From: Candidatus Bathyarchaeia archaeon
GTDB lineage: Archaea; Thermoproteota; Bathyarchaeia; Bathyarchaeales; Bathycorpusculaceae
NCBI GenBank assembly: GCA_049512935.1
Contig: JBEKWR010000003.1
Coordinates: 1 to 64,000 of the forward strand
DNA length: 64,000 nucleotides
Direction of reading: 5' to 3'
Of the stretch, positions 48,494 through 58,369 are shown in pieces. Numbering within the stretch: the first letter of the stretch is position 1; each line of letters opens with the position of its first letter. The notes beneath the pieces were generated by a model. It was not told where the DNA came from and ran no database searches. It saw only the letters and a list, made by a program, of their open reading frames with translations. The position numbers and the translations under genes were made by a program.

Positions 48494-50682
48494 TTCTCCC
48501 GCCTCCTTATCGCTTGGGAGGGACAGACGACGTCGCAGACGCCGCATCCACTGCACAATGTCGCATCAACCTCAACATGACCGCTAGCCTTAGAAATGGC
48601 TGGGCAACCGAACGCTTTGATGCAGACCTCGCAATCGTTACATTTCTCCGTGACCTCTCTCGGCTCGCCCCTCTCAATCAGAAGCGGGCAAGGCCTCTTC
48701 GAAATAACAACTGAAGGACCCCTGTAATCAAAAATCTTCCTAAGAGCAGCGATCGTGCCCTCAACGTCATACGGGTCAACAACCTCAACCCTGTCTATCC
48801 CAAGACCCCTAGCAACATCCTCAAGCTTCAAAATCTTAGAATCCAAGCCCATAGCCGTCTTCCCCGACCCAGGCGTCGGCTGATGCCCAGTCATCGCCAC
48901 TGTGCTGTTATCCAGAATGACCACGCACACGTCAGCCCTGTTGTACACGATGTTCATCAGCCCAGGCATTCCCGCATGGAAAAACGTTGAGTCCCCGATA
49001 ACCGCGAACACTTTATCCTTCACGCCAGCATGAACCATCCCCGCAGCCTGCGAAATCCCCGCCCCCATGCACAGGCAGGTTTGAACCGCGTTGACAGGCG
49101 GCAGAACACCCAGCGTGTAGCAACCGATGTCGCCCGTCACGATCTTGTCGCTTGAATTCCCCGCCAAGCTCAAAGCTCCCTCAGGGCAGAAACCGACACA
49201 TTTCGGGTCACCACCGCACATGTCGCAAATCATGGCTTTATGCGTGCCAGGATTCACCGTGATTGCCCCGTACTCGCAGGCTTCAATGCACCAAGGGCAA
49301 CCCTTGCACTTCTCATCGTCAACCAGCAGCGCACCAGTTTCAGGTGATCGCCCTATTGCTTTTTCAGGACAAGCCTTGATGCACGCGGCGTCAACGCAGG
49401 CTTTGCAAGTTATCGCCGTGTTGAAAGTCTGACCGATCCTCACCGACCGTATTCGAGATTTAAGCGGGTTGAAGACTCTCTCTTTCTCAAAAGAGCAAGC
49501 GTACTCGCAGATGCTGCAGCCCACGCATTTATCGTTGTCACAGCTAACATGCTGATTAACCATGTTCAACGCATAGTAAAACGCCCTGTGGGGACAGCCT
49601 GGACAAAGCGTCGGCGGCCTCGGCTGCAAATCCAAAACCTCCGGTGCCTCCGCCTTGTCAGCCAATCTTAAACTTGCGAAGGCTTGGCGTACTTTATCGG
49701 GCGTTAACTCGCCAATTTCCTCCAAACCCAGCTCGTTCTTTCCCAGGAACTGCAAACCTAACCCGCGGATGTTCTCCTCCAAATAAGGCCTCAGCTCCTC
49801 AACTACTATGAGCTTCTTAACTTTGAGCGCAAATCTTTCAACAATTTCCTTAGGAAAAGGATAAACAAGACCCAGCTTCAACCAAGAAAACTTTTTCGTA
49901 TCAAGCACCGATCGAGCATAGTAGTAACCAACACCGCTTCCTACAATTCCAATCTCGCTCGCATTGTCTTCAATCACGTTAAACTTCGAATGATTGACAA
50001 GCGTCTTTGCCTCTGCCATCTTTACCTCCAAAACTCTACGCTGCCGAATAGCGTTTGCCGGCACCATCACCCATTTTGAACCTTGCTTATCAAAATCGGC
50101 CTTGCGACTCAAGTTGTGCATCCGCCCGAGTTTCACCCTGGCTTTCCCATGAGCCACCCGCGTCGTCAAACGCAATATGACCGGCAAGTGCAGTTTTTCA
50201 CTTAATTCAAACGCCTCTCTAGCCATATCCAAGGCTTCCTGAGGGTTACCTGCATCCAGCAAAGGCAACTTCGAATGAACCGCAAAGTATCTTGTATCCT
50301 GCTCATTTTGGCTGCTATGCAATGACGGGTCGTCGCACACGGCGATAACCATTCCACCCTCGATGCCCGTGTACGCCAACGTCATAGCAGCGTCAGCAGC
50401 AACATTTAACCCAACATGCTTCATAGAAACAATAGAGCGAACCCCCGCCATCGAAGCACCCGCAGCCACCTCCGTCGCAACAACCTCGTTGGTGCTCCAT
50501 TCGGCGTAAACGCCAAATTCTTTTGAAACCTCGGCGAGCGTTTCCAAAATTTCAGTGGCAGGTGTTCCAGGGTAGGAAGCTGCGACCTTGACGGTTGCTT
50601 CAATCGCGCCTCGCGCCACTGCCTCATCGCCGTTAAGCAAAGCAAAGAAGCCTGGCTTATCTGCCGCAATTTTGGAAGTCAT
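48490..50682 (-). CDS. iorA: Indolepyruvate:ferredoxin oxidoreductase alpha subunit with internal ferredoxin insert
   Basis: YPGTP, MKHVGLNVAAD, SSQNEQD, CPGCPHR, GDIGCY, GDSTFFH, AMTGHQ. Confidence 0.93.
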   Translation of the reverse strand: MTSKIAADKPGFFALLNGDEAVARGAIEATVKVAASYPGTPATEILETLAEVSKEFGVYAEWSTNEVVATEVAAGASMAGVRSIVSMKHVGLNVAADAAMTLAYTGIEGGMVIAVCDDPSLHSSQNEQDTRYFAVHSKLPLLDAGNPQEALDMAREAFELSEKLHLPVILRLTTRVAHGKARVKLGRMHNLSRKADFDKQGSKWVMVPANAIRQRRVLEVKMAEAKTLVNHSKFNVIEDNASEIGIVGSGVGYYYARSVLDTKKFSWLKLGLVYPFPKEIVERFALKVKKLIVVEELRPYLEENIRGLGLQFLGKNELGLEEIGELTPDKVRQAFASLRLADKAEAPEVLDLQPRPPTLCPGCPHRAFYYALNMVNQHVSCDNDKCVGCSICEYACSFEKERVFNPLKSRIRSVRIGQTFNTAITCKACVDAACIKACPEKAIGRSPETGALLVDDEKCKGCPWCIEACEYGAITVNPGTHKAMICDMCGGDPKCVGFCPEGALSLAGNSSDKIVTGDIGCYTLGVLPPVNAVQTCLCMGAGISQAAGMVHAGVKDKVFAVIGDSTFFHAGMPGLMNIVYNRADVCVVILDNSTVAMTGHQPTPGSGKTAMGLDSKILKLEDVARGLGIDRVEVVDPYDVEGTIAALRKIFDYRGPSVVISKRPCPLLIERGEPREVTEKCNDCEVCIKAFGCPAISKASGHVEVDATLCSGCGVCDVVCPSQAIRRREK

Positions 50683-50694
50683 AGGTTTTGTCCT

Positions 50695-52014
50695 TTACAT
50701 TTTGCCCTTGCGTAAGTCCAGTACTCTTTTCGCTTTTCCTTCGGTTCTCGGAAGCTCGCCCGGTTTAACGATTTCTACGTCGGCATTTATGCCCGTTACG
50801 ATTTGGATTTGTTTTCCTATTCCCTTTTTCAGCGCTTCCTTGTCCATTTTCGGGTCCTTGGCGGCTTTCTCAGACAATTCAACCTTGACCGCAAACGTGT
50901 CTAATGCTCCTGGTCTATCGACCACAATCAGGTATTGAGTAGCAAGCTCCGAGAAGCACATGACCGCAAATTCCACCTGTGATGGGAACACGTTTACTCC
51001 GCGAATAATCAGCATGTCGTCTGATCTGCCGTGAATCCGCATCATTCTGGCATGGGTACGTCCGCAGGCGCATTTTTCCGTTTCTATTTTGGAGATGTCG
51101 CGGGTTCTGTACCTCAGCATCGGAAGCCCCATCTTCGTTAAGCCTGTGAATACTAATTCGCCTTCTTCGCCTGCAGGCAAAACCTCGCCTGTTTCAGAGT
51201 CGATTGTTTCAACGATGAAATGGTCTTCCCAAACGTGCAGTCCCTTATGCTCTGGGCATTCGACGGCGACTCCTGGACCGCAAAGCTCGGTTAACCCGTA
51301 AACGTCAAAAGCCTTAATCCCTAAATCCGCCTCTATTCTTTCCCGAATCTTGTCAGACCATGGTTCCGCCCCAAACATCCCTATTTTGAGTTTAAGGTCT
51401 TTTCTTGGGTCAACACCTTCCTGAACCATGGTTTCCCCAAGATAAACCGCGAAACTTGGAGTGCAAGCCAGAATCGTCACGCCTAAATCCTTCATGAGCT
51501 TGATTTGTCGCTGGGTCATTCCGCCGCTTGCTGGTACAATTTTGGCTCCGACTTTTTGGGCGCCGTAATGGAAACCGAAGCCGCCTGTGAATAAGCCGTA
51601 GCCGTATGCGATGTGTATTGTGTCTTGTTGTCTTCCGCCTGCGGTGTAGATTGATCGTGCCATAAGCTCTTGCCAAACGTCGATGTCATGCTGGGTGTAG
51701 GCTCCGACTATCGGGTTCCCAGTTGTGCCGCTTGAGGCGTGAATCTCCACGATTTCGTCGGGTTTGGCGGCAAGCATCCCGAAGGGGTAATTCTCTTTCA
51801 AATCATTCTTGACGGTGAACGGGATCTTTTTGAGGTCGTTGAGTGTGCGGATGGTTTCGGGTTTTACGTTTGCAGCGTCAAGTTTCTTCTTGTAAAACGC
51901 GCTGTTCTCGTAACAATGCTTTACCATTGTTTTCAACAATTTGAGTTGAAGGTTTTTCAGTTCTTTTTGAGGCATTGTTTCGATTTTTTGGTTCCAGTAT
52001 GTTCCGTCTGCCAT
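50695..52014 (-). CDS. paaK: Phenylacetate-CoA ligase
   Basis: HASSGTTG, YGYGLFTGG, GAEPW, RYRTRD, RGVNVFP. Confidence 0.93.
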   Translation of the reverse strand: MADGTYWNQKIETMPQKELKNLQLKLLKTMVKHCYENSAFYKKKLDAANVKPETIRTLNDLKKIPFTVKNDLKENYPFGMLAAKPDEIVEIHASSGTTGNPIVGAYTQHDIDVWQELMARSIYTAGGRQQDTIHIAYGYGLFTGGFGFHYGAQKVGAKIVPASGGMTQRQIKLMKDLGVTILACTPSFAVYLGETMVQEGVDPRKDLKLKIGMFGAEPWSDKIRERIEADLGIKAFDVYGLTELCGPGVAVECPEHKGLHVWEDHFIVETIDSETGEVLPAGEEGELVFTGLTKMGLPMLRYRTRDISKIETEKCACGRTHARMMRIHGRSDDMLIIRGVNVFPSQVEFAVMCFSELATQYLIVVDRPGALDTFAVKVELSEKAAKDPKMDKEALKKGIGKQIQIVTGINADVEIVKPGELPRTEGKAKRVLDLRKGKM

Positions 52015-52173
52015 TATGCAAACCCCTTTTTCTGGGTTCTTTGAGTACACCATTTCGTTTGACTATTAGATAAAAGTTCCCCAGTTTCCTCGGTTGAAAC
52101 GAATCTGCTGCATGAAGGAAAAGCTTCCGAAAAGGCGGTTTTTTCCGTTTTTTTGGCGTGAATAATTTTTTAA

Positions 52174-52301
52174 GTTGCGACTTTTGCTACGGGAAAGTTG
52201 CGACTTTCCGCCCCAGTTCTTTGTGTTTCGGGTTGCTTTTTTGGTTTGGAGCTTGAAGGCGTTTGAGCGTTGCGACTTTGGGATGGGCGGGTTGCGACTT
52301 T
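52174..52301 (+). repeat. Four direct copies of GTTGCGACTTT in a divergent intergenic region
   Basis: Copies at 52174, 52197, 52269, 52291. Confidence 0.8.
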
Positions 52302-52438
52302 CAATGTTGACCCAATGTTGACGGCATTGTCGGATATGGGCGCGGCGGGTTTTCCCGGCGGCAAGTTTCAGAATGTTACCTGCAATTCATAATTAATATA
52401 AATATTGTAACCGCTAATACAGCAAAGGCAAGGTTAGG

Positions 52439-53383
52439 ATGGCTATGAGCATTCAACAGATGATGCCCCAGTGTCCAGTGTGCGGTTCATCCAGCGGGTT
52501 TGAGCTTTCAGGGATGGTTGGAAAATTCGCGAAGTGCCCTCAGTGCCAGAGCAAATGGAAAATCCACACGGAAAAAGAGAAAATAATCGGCTTAACACTT
52601 CATGAACTGCCCAAAAACGGCTTTGCGCTCTACAAGGTTGAATCCACAAGCACGCCGCTGTTCCTTCAGATCGGCAAACCCATAGCCATAGGCTTCTGGC
52701 AAAACCTCAAGCTGGACGGCAAAATCGACTGGGACTTCATGTCAAAGTTGGTGGATCCAGCCATCTTAAACTGCGTGATACTTGACAAGGCGGAACTCGT
52801 CCTAAACAATTGGACGGGCACCCGCTTGATGCCAAACGACAAACGCTACGGTCCCGCAAGAAGTCAACCATACATCTTACAAAACGGCGAGCTTCTGCTA
52901 ACCAGTCGCAGGCTTATCTGGCTGGAAAGGCGGCAAATAGGCGTGTGGAAGCCGCAAATCAACTACCAAGTCGCCGTCGACATGCCGCTTGAAACCGTGA
53001 AAAGCGTGTCAGCGGAAATGGGGGACAGCGGAGACTGGGAGAAGATGAGAAAGGTTTCGATTGTAAGTGATGAGGGCGAAAAAACGTTCAACCTGCAAAA
53101 CGCCTTCCAAGAGCTGGTTAGGCCGATGGTTGAAAACGCCATTAAACAGCGCAGAGACGAGATGGAGGCAGAGAAGAAACGCGACAAGGTTCATGTGATG
53201 CTGGACTTCTCTTTTCTTAAGTCAGTCATGGAGAAGGGCGGCATGGTGATGCAGGTGCTCAAGTGCCCCGAATGCGGAGCCACAGTTGACTTCCCCAAGA
53301 GCGGCAACCAAACCGTTTGCACCCACTGCGGAAAAACCATCTACGCCCAAGACGTCTTCGAAAAAATAAAAGGGCTAATTTAG
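52439..53383 (+). CDS. Hypothetical protein: Zn ribbon, PH-like domain, Zn ribbon
   Basis: CPVC/CPQC, GELLLTSRRLIW, CPEC/CTHC. Confidence 0.75.
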   Translation: MAMSIQQMMPQCPVCGSSSGFELSGMVGKFAKCPQCQSKWKIHTEKEKIIGLTLHELPKNGFALYKVESTSTPLFLQIGKPIAIGFWQNLKLDGKIDWDFMSKLVDPAILNCVILDKAELVLNNWTGTRLMPNDKRYGPARSQPYILQNGELLLTSRRLIWLERRQIGVWKPQINYQVAVDMPLETVKSVSAEMGDSGDWEKMRKVSIVSDEGEKTFNLQNAFQELVRPMVENAIKQRRDEMEAEKKRDKVHVMLDFSFLKSVMEKGGMVMQVLKCPECGATVDFPKSGNQTVCTHCGKTIYAQDVFEKIKGLI

Positions 53384-53425
53384 CAGCTGCCGATGAAATA
53401 ATGCGGTGAGCAAGAAAATTGGTTC

Positions 53426-54088
53426 TTAAGGTCGGGCGGAACGGAAGATTCTCCGTTTTATGAGTCTGTATTGGCGTTGCAGAGTCAACGTGAAGGGTAT
53501 AGGTTGACCTAGAGGCTGGCAGCGCCCGTTTACGATTGCTTTAATTATCGCGTCAACCGATGGCTCACAATCTACTGCCGTGTAGCCGTAACCGATTGTT
53601 GGACCGTAGTGCGCGTCAGTTCCGCCTACACAGGGCAGGTTGAGCTTCTGCGCTATTTCCGTTGCCTTGCGTTTGCAACGGTTAAACGGGAAAGCATTAG
53701 CATTCAGCGTTTCCACGGCGTCAAATTTTGCTTCTTCAACGTGGCTTTTTAAGCTGCCTTTAAACCAAGCGTAAGGGTGAACTGCAACGGCGATTCCTCC
53801 TGCCGCATGGATTCGCTCAACCGTTTCCTTGGCGCTCAAGCCCCGGGGAATTAGCTCTTTAAGGTTTAATGCGACAATATGGCCGTCTCCGCTGGAAACC
53901 TCCATGCCTGGAATAATCAGAAAATCAGCTTCCTTGGCAATTTTCAGGCTGCCTTCAATCTGGTTATGATCTGTCACGGCGACAGCAGTTAAACCGCGTT
54001 TTTTGGCGTAGTAAACGAGGTCTTTGGGGGTTATCAGGGAATCTTTTGAGTAGTTGCTGTGAACGTGAAGGTCAGCGTTTACTTGCAT
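53426..54088 (-). CDS. PHP-domain metallophosphoesterase
   Basis: DLHVHS, AVTDH, GMEVS, HP, GTDAH. Confidence 0.9.
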   Translation of the reverse strand: MQVNADLHVHSNYSKDSLITPKDLVYYAKKRGLTAVAVTDHNQIEGSLKIAKEADFLIIPGMEVSSGDGHIVALNLKELIPRGLSAKETVERIHAAGGIAVAVHPYAWFKGSLKSHVEEAKFDAVETLNANAFPFNRCKRKATEIAQKLNLPCVGGTDAHYGPTIGYGYTAVDCEPSVDAIIKAIVNGRCQPLGQPIPFTLTLQRQYRLIKRRIFRSARP

Positions 54089-54102
54089 GGGTTTAGCCTC
54101 AC

Positions 54103-55803
54103 TTATTTCGGCTGACTCGCCAGTTTCTTTCGAACCTCAGACAACTGTTCTTCCAGCTTTGACTCATCAGCGTCTATTTTGTGGAACAAGGGTTTAGGTT
54201 TGGCTATTTTGTGTCCAGCTTCAATGGGTTTTGAGGCTTCACTCCAGCTGCTTTTGCTTACGTTTCCGGGAAGGTTGAGTGTTTGCCAAAGTTGCTCTGC
54301 CGTATCCGGGATAAATGGCGCTGAAACAACTGCGGCGGCTTTAACCACTTGGGCGGCAACGTAAAAGATGGTTCCAGCCTTTTCCCTGTCGGTTTTCATC
54401 AGGTTCCATGGTTCCTTATCGTTGAGGTACTGGTTTCCGATTCGGCTTATCGCGATAAGCGTGTTTGCTGCGGATAGGAGTTTTGAGGCTTCGATTTCTT
54501 GGGCGGCGGCATCCACTTTTTCCCCGATTGCCTGCAGAATTGCCTGGTCGTCTTTGTCAAGCTTTGTCGGCGCTGGGACTGTGGAGTCGAATTTTGAGGC
54601 GATGAAGCTTAGGGTTCGGTGGATGAAGTTGCCGAAGGTGTCGTTTAGGTCGGCGTTGATTTTGTCGGTGAAGGCGCCCCACGTGAAGTTAGTGTCTTTG
54701 CTTTCGGGTCTTGTGGCGATGAGGAAGAAGCGCCAGTAATCAACTGGAAACATGTCTAAGGCTTCGTCTATCCAGATGCCTACGCGCTGGCTTTTTGACG
54801 CTTTTTGCCCTTTGAACTGGAGGAACTCGGTGGCGGAGACGTTCCACGGCAGGTTGTAGTCTTCGCCTGAAGCCAGCAGCAGCGCGGGGAGGATTATCGT
54901 GTGGAAGGGGATGTTGTCTTTGCCGACGAAGTACAGGGTTTTGGCTTGCTTGTCGAACCAGAACTCCCGCCATTTCTCAGGCTGCCCCAGACGTTGGCAT
55001 TGTTCGATTGTCGCTGAGATGTAGCCTAAGACCGCGTCGACCCAGACGTAGATTGTTTTGCCTTCCGCCCCCTTGAACGGCGCGGGTATGCCCCATTCGA
55101 CGTCGCGGGTGACGGCTCGGGGTTTCAAGCCTTCGCGTATCCAGTTCAGGCTGAAGGTTTTGACGTTGCTTGGAAGCTGCTGGTTGCCCTGCAGGTACTC
55201 TGTGAGGGGTTTGGCAAGTTTCGAGAGGTCGATGTACCAGTGCTTGGTGGTTTTCACGGTTGGCTTGTTCTTGCAGATAACGCAGTACGGGTCCACAAGC
55301 ATGGTTGGCTCCAGCAGCCTGCCGCACATGTCGCATTGGTCGCCGCGGGCTTTTTCGCAGCCGCAGTATGGGCATTTGCCTTCCACGAAGCGGTCAGGCA
55401 GGAAGCGCTGGTCATGCTCGCAGTAGAGCATCTGGGTTTCCTGCTCGAAGATGTACCCGTTTTTTTGGATTTCAAGCAGGGTCTTCTGAACGAACTCCTT
55501 GTGCACGGGGCTCTCTGTGCTTGTGTAATTGTCAAACGACGCGTTCCAGCGGCGGAACAGCTCGGCGACGCGGGCGTGGTTGCGGTCGGTCAGCTCCTTG
55601 GGCGTGATGCCCTGCCTTATGGCTTCAACCTCTATGGGTGTGCCGTGCGTGTCGGAGCCGCTGACCATCAGCACATCGTCGCCTTTTAGCCTGTAGTAGC
55701 GGGCTGTAACGTCAGCGGAAAGGATTGACCCGACGAGGTTGCCAAGGTGTGGCGTCACGTTGATGTACGGCCAAGCCGAAGTAACTAAGACGTTCTGGGG
55801 CAA
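54103..55803 (-). CDS. metG: Methionyl-tRNA synthetase (no C-terminal tRNA-binding domain)
   Basis: PHLGN, zinc knuckles, GKDNIPFH, KASKS. Confidence 0.95.
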   Translation of the reverse strand: MPQNVLVTSAWPYINVTPHLGNLVGSILSADVTARYYRLKGDDVLMVSGSDTHGTPIEVEAIRQGITPKELTDRNHARVAELFRRWNASFDNYTSTESPVHKEFVQKTLLEIQKNGYIFEQETQMLYCEHDQRFLPDRFVEGKCPYCGCEKARGDQCDMCGRLLEPTMLVDPYCVICKNKPTVKTTKHWYIDLSKLAKPLTEYLQGNQQLPSNVKTFSLNWIREGLKPRAVTRDVEWGIPAPFKGAEGKTIYVWVDAVLGYISATIEQCQRLGQPEKWREFWFDKQAKTLYFVGKDNIPFHTIILPALLLASGEDYNLPWNVSATEFLQFKGQKASKSQRVGIWIDEALDMFPVDYWRFFLIATRPESKDTNFTWGAFTDKINADLNDTFGNFIHRTLSFIASKFDSTVPAPTKLDKDDQAILQAIGEKVDAAAQEIEASKLLSAANTLIAISRIGNQYLNDKEPWNLMKTDREKAGTIFYVAAQVVKAAAVVSAPFIPDTAEQLWQTLNLPGNVSKSSWSEASKPIEAGHKIAKPKPLFHKIDADESKLEEQLSEVRKKLASQPK

Positions 55804-55939
55804 ATCATATCACAACAAACCGTTTAGACGCGTCCCTAATTAAAATTGCTAACCCTTAAGCAACGGCGGGTCAGGAGAGAGAACGCTTTAAAATCGTTAA
55901 CAAAAACGGCTGCTGCGAAATTGACGATAATCATTAGTA

Positions 55940-56257
55940 GCGGTGGACCGCTGTGGTTTGACGTCTAGACTCCGCCTGTCGCTTCAAACCCTACGCTCTT
56001 ACCCGCATCCCCTTGAGCGCACGGCGTCCAAACTTAGGTTGCTCTCTCCCGAGCCTAGCCGGGTTCGCCTGGTGAACAATGAAACAGCTCCCCTACGGAA
56101 GCTGCCCACAGACCGCCAGCCCCAAAGGACGGATAGTCAATGTTTCGGAAAGGAAGATCCAAGCGGCCTTTTACGCCTCATCCACAGGTGTCAGCCCGTC
56201 GTATAGAGGGTTTACGGTTTCAATGGACCCCTACCCCACCGCCTAAGATCCACCGCC
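55940..56257 (-). ncRNA. ffs: Archaeal SRP (7S) RNA
   Basis: Terminal pairing GCGGTGGA/TCCACCGC; helix 6 with GTAG tetraloop; helix 8 TAGG-CTC-GGGA-GAG-AGCA; TATA-like box at 56283-56289; ends approximate. Confidence 0.88.
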
Positions 56258-56395
56258 GAAGGGTTAATGGCGCATGATGATGTTTAAAAGTTTCGCAGTG
56301 GAGGGCTGGTTTTGGCGGGTGCTGGCGGGGTGGATTTTGGTTTTTTGTGTTTTGGGTTGTTTTTTTGGTTTGGGGTTTGAGGTGTTGGTGGGTTG

Positions 56396-56451
56396 CGACC
56401 CAATACGACCCATTTCGACCCATTTCGACCCTTAGCGACCCTGCGCGACCC
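56396..56451 (+). repeat. Six CGACCC boxes at exact 10-bp period
   Basis: Start positions 56396, 56406, 56416, 56426, 56436, 56446; 4-nt spacers vary. Confidence 0.9.
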
Positions 56452-56508
56452 AAGCCGTCTTTTTCCGACTCTAAACGCTTAAGTGCCTGGGCGGCAGCAA
56501 CAGTCTAT

Positions 56509-56787
56509 ATGCCGCTGACTGAGAAAGTGACTTTTACAGCGCCTCTTCAAAGCGGCCGCAAAGTTCAGGTTCCCAAGCTGATTCGATGGCGCTTCAAAAT
56601 GGACAGCAGCCAAGCGCTCAAAGTCGGCGTGAACTTTCTGGACCTGCACAAAGGCTGGCAGTTCTTCTACGCAAAAATCCGCAGCGACGGACGCCTAACC
56701 ATCCCCAAACTCGTGCTCAACCTTTACGGGAACGAAGGGGCAAGCCTGACAGGCTACGTGCTGGAAATAACGCTTGAACCCGCATAA
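56509..56787 (+). CDS. Tandem AbrB/MraZ-like swapped-hairpin protein
   Basis: Two units: LQSGRKVQVPKLIR and IRSDGRLTIPKLV; CTTAAG about 26 bp upstream of the ATG. Confidence 0.7.
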   Translation: MPLTEKVTFTAPLQSGRKVQVPKLIRWRFKMDSSQALKVGVNFLDLHKGWQFFYAKIRSDGRLTIPKLVLNLYGNEGASLTGYVLEITLEPA

Positions 56788-56957
56788 ACTGTGATGCGAT
56801 AACATGAAAAGCGATCATTATTGGGTGCGCTGTTCAAAATTGCCGAATTATTTAAGAGCAAAAAGGTTCACCAAAAGGTTATGAAAACCCTTACTTGCAT
56901 CCATGCTGCGAGCATGTCGGCTAACATCGGCGGGCAGTTTAATGGTGAGGTGAAAGA

Positions 56958-58085
56958 ATGAAGTACGGAACAACAAGGAATTTGAAAGTTGTCTGTATCT
57001 TTCTATCCCTCTTCTTCCTGTTCTGTGCTTTCGCGTTAACTCAGCCAGTTCGAGCTATGGCGGTGACGGCGACGGTAGCCGTCGGAAGCGAGCCGTACGG
57101 TGTTGCTGTAACTCCCAACGGTGCATATGCATATGTGACAAATATTAACGGCGGTTCGGTCTCGGTGATGAGCACTTCTTCGAATACGGTGACGGCGACG
57201 ATAACCGTTGGAGAGGGTCCGTGCGGTGTGGCTGTAACTCCTAATGGTGCATATGTTTACGTCACAAATAACGTCGCGGATTCGGTGTCGGTTATCAGCA
57301 CTTCTTCTAACAATGTGACAGCGACGATAACCGTGGGGAGCCTGCCTTACGATGTGGCTTTTACGCCTAACGGCGAATACGCCTATGTCACAAATAGCGG
57401 CGGTAATTCGGTTTCGGTGATAAACACTTCTTCGAACACTGTGACGACGAATGTAACCGTTGGAAACTCTCCTCAGGATGTAGCTATAACGCCCAACGGA
57501 GCATACGCCTACGTTACAAATAATGTTCCCCACGGAACGGTCTCAGTGATTAGCACGTCTTCTAACACTGTGATTGCAACAGTACCTGTTGGAAATAATC
57601 CTTACGGTGTTGCCATAACGCCCAGCGGCGCCTACGCCTATGTAACAAATAACCTCGGCGAATCGGTTTCGGTGATAAACACCTCTTCTAACACCGTGAC
57701 GGCAACAGTTCCCGTTGGAAGCTATCCTGAGAGTGTGGCTATTACACCTGACGGCACATATGCCTACGTTGCAAACTACGCCAGCAGTACGGTCTCGGTG
57801 ATAAACACAGCTACAAACACGGTGACAGCGACTGTAACCGTTGGCAAAAGTCCTTACGTTGGAAGTGCCCCCGAGGGCGTGGCTGTAACGCCTAACGGCG
57901 CCTCTGCCTACGTTACAGTTGCAGGCAACGATTCAGTCTCGGTAATAAGCACGGCTACGAAAACGGGCTTTAGTTTAGTCGACTGGACCTTATTGATAAT
58001 TGTTATCGCCATAGCGCTATTCCTCATAATCCTATCGTGGTACAGACGCCTCAAGAAAAAGACTCAACAAACCCAAACAACGTAA
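56958..58085 (+). CDS. YVTN/YncE beta-propeller surface protein
   Basis: Signal peptide, seven ~42-aa repeats with YVTN, C-terminal TM and basic tail. Confidence 0.92.
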   Translation: MKYGTTRNLKVVCIFLSLFFLFCAFALTQPVRAMAVTATVAVGSEPYGVAVTPNGAYAYVTNINGGSVSVMSTSSNTVTATITVGEGPCGVAVTPNGAYVYVTNNVADSVSVISTSSNNVTATITVGSLPYDVAFTPNGEYAYVTNSGGNSVSVINTSSNTVTTNVTVGNSPQDVAITPNGAYAYVTNNVPHGTVSVISTSSNTVIATVPVGNNPYGVAITPSGAYAYVTNNLGESVSVINTSSNTVTATVPVGSYPESVAITPDGTYAYVANYASSTVSVINTATNTVTATVTVGKSPYVGSAPEGVAVTPNGASAYVTVAGNDSVSVISTATKTGFSLVDWTLLIIVIAIALFLIILSWYRRLKKKTQQTQTT

Positions 58086-58369
58086 AAGTATAATCAGCCA
58101 TTCCCTTTTTTAACTCACACGATTCCCTTTAAAGCCCCACGGAGAAAACTGGAAAAGAGATATGAGCTTCGCTGAGGGTTTTAGTAGATCTAATCCATTT
58201 CCAGTTTCTGTTTTCCACACTCTCAACTAAGGTTAGGAATGTGTAGTGCTCTTCAAAGCCAGAGCTGTTTGGGGTTGTGCTTTTTTGGTTTAGTGCTTGC
58301 TGCTTTTGCAGTTTTGAACCAGGCTGGCCATTGAAACTGTGAGCTGCTTAGTCAACGGCAAGTTTTTAA

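Noticed and set aside
54179-55689. Numerous antisense and alternate-frame ORFs within metG (and similarly within sucCD, sdhA, trpB)
   Set aside because: Shadow ORFs of GC-richer conserved genes, with no independent evidence.
55943-56453. ORFs 55943..56206 and 56220..56453, and the long N-terminus of 56347..56787
   Set aside because: They overlap the SRP RNA, its promoter and the repeat array; ATG 56509 has a better-placed TATA.
57060-57960. ~126-bp periodic DNA repeats
   Set aside because: Fully explained by YVTN propeller blades in the coding sequence.
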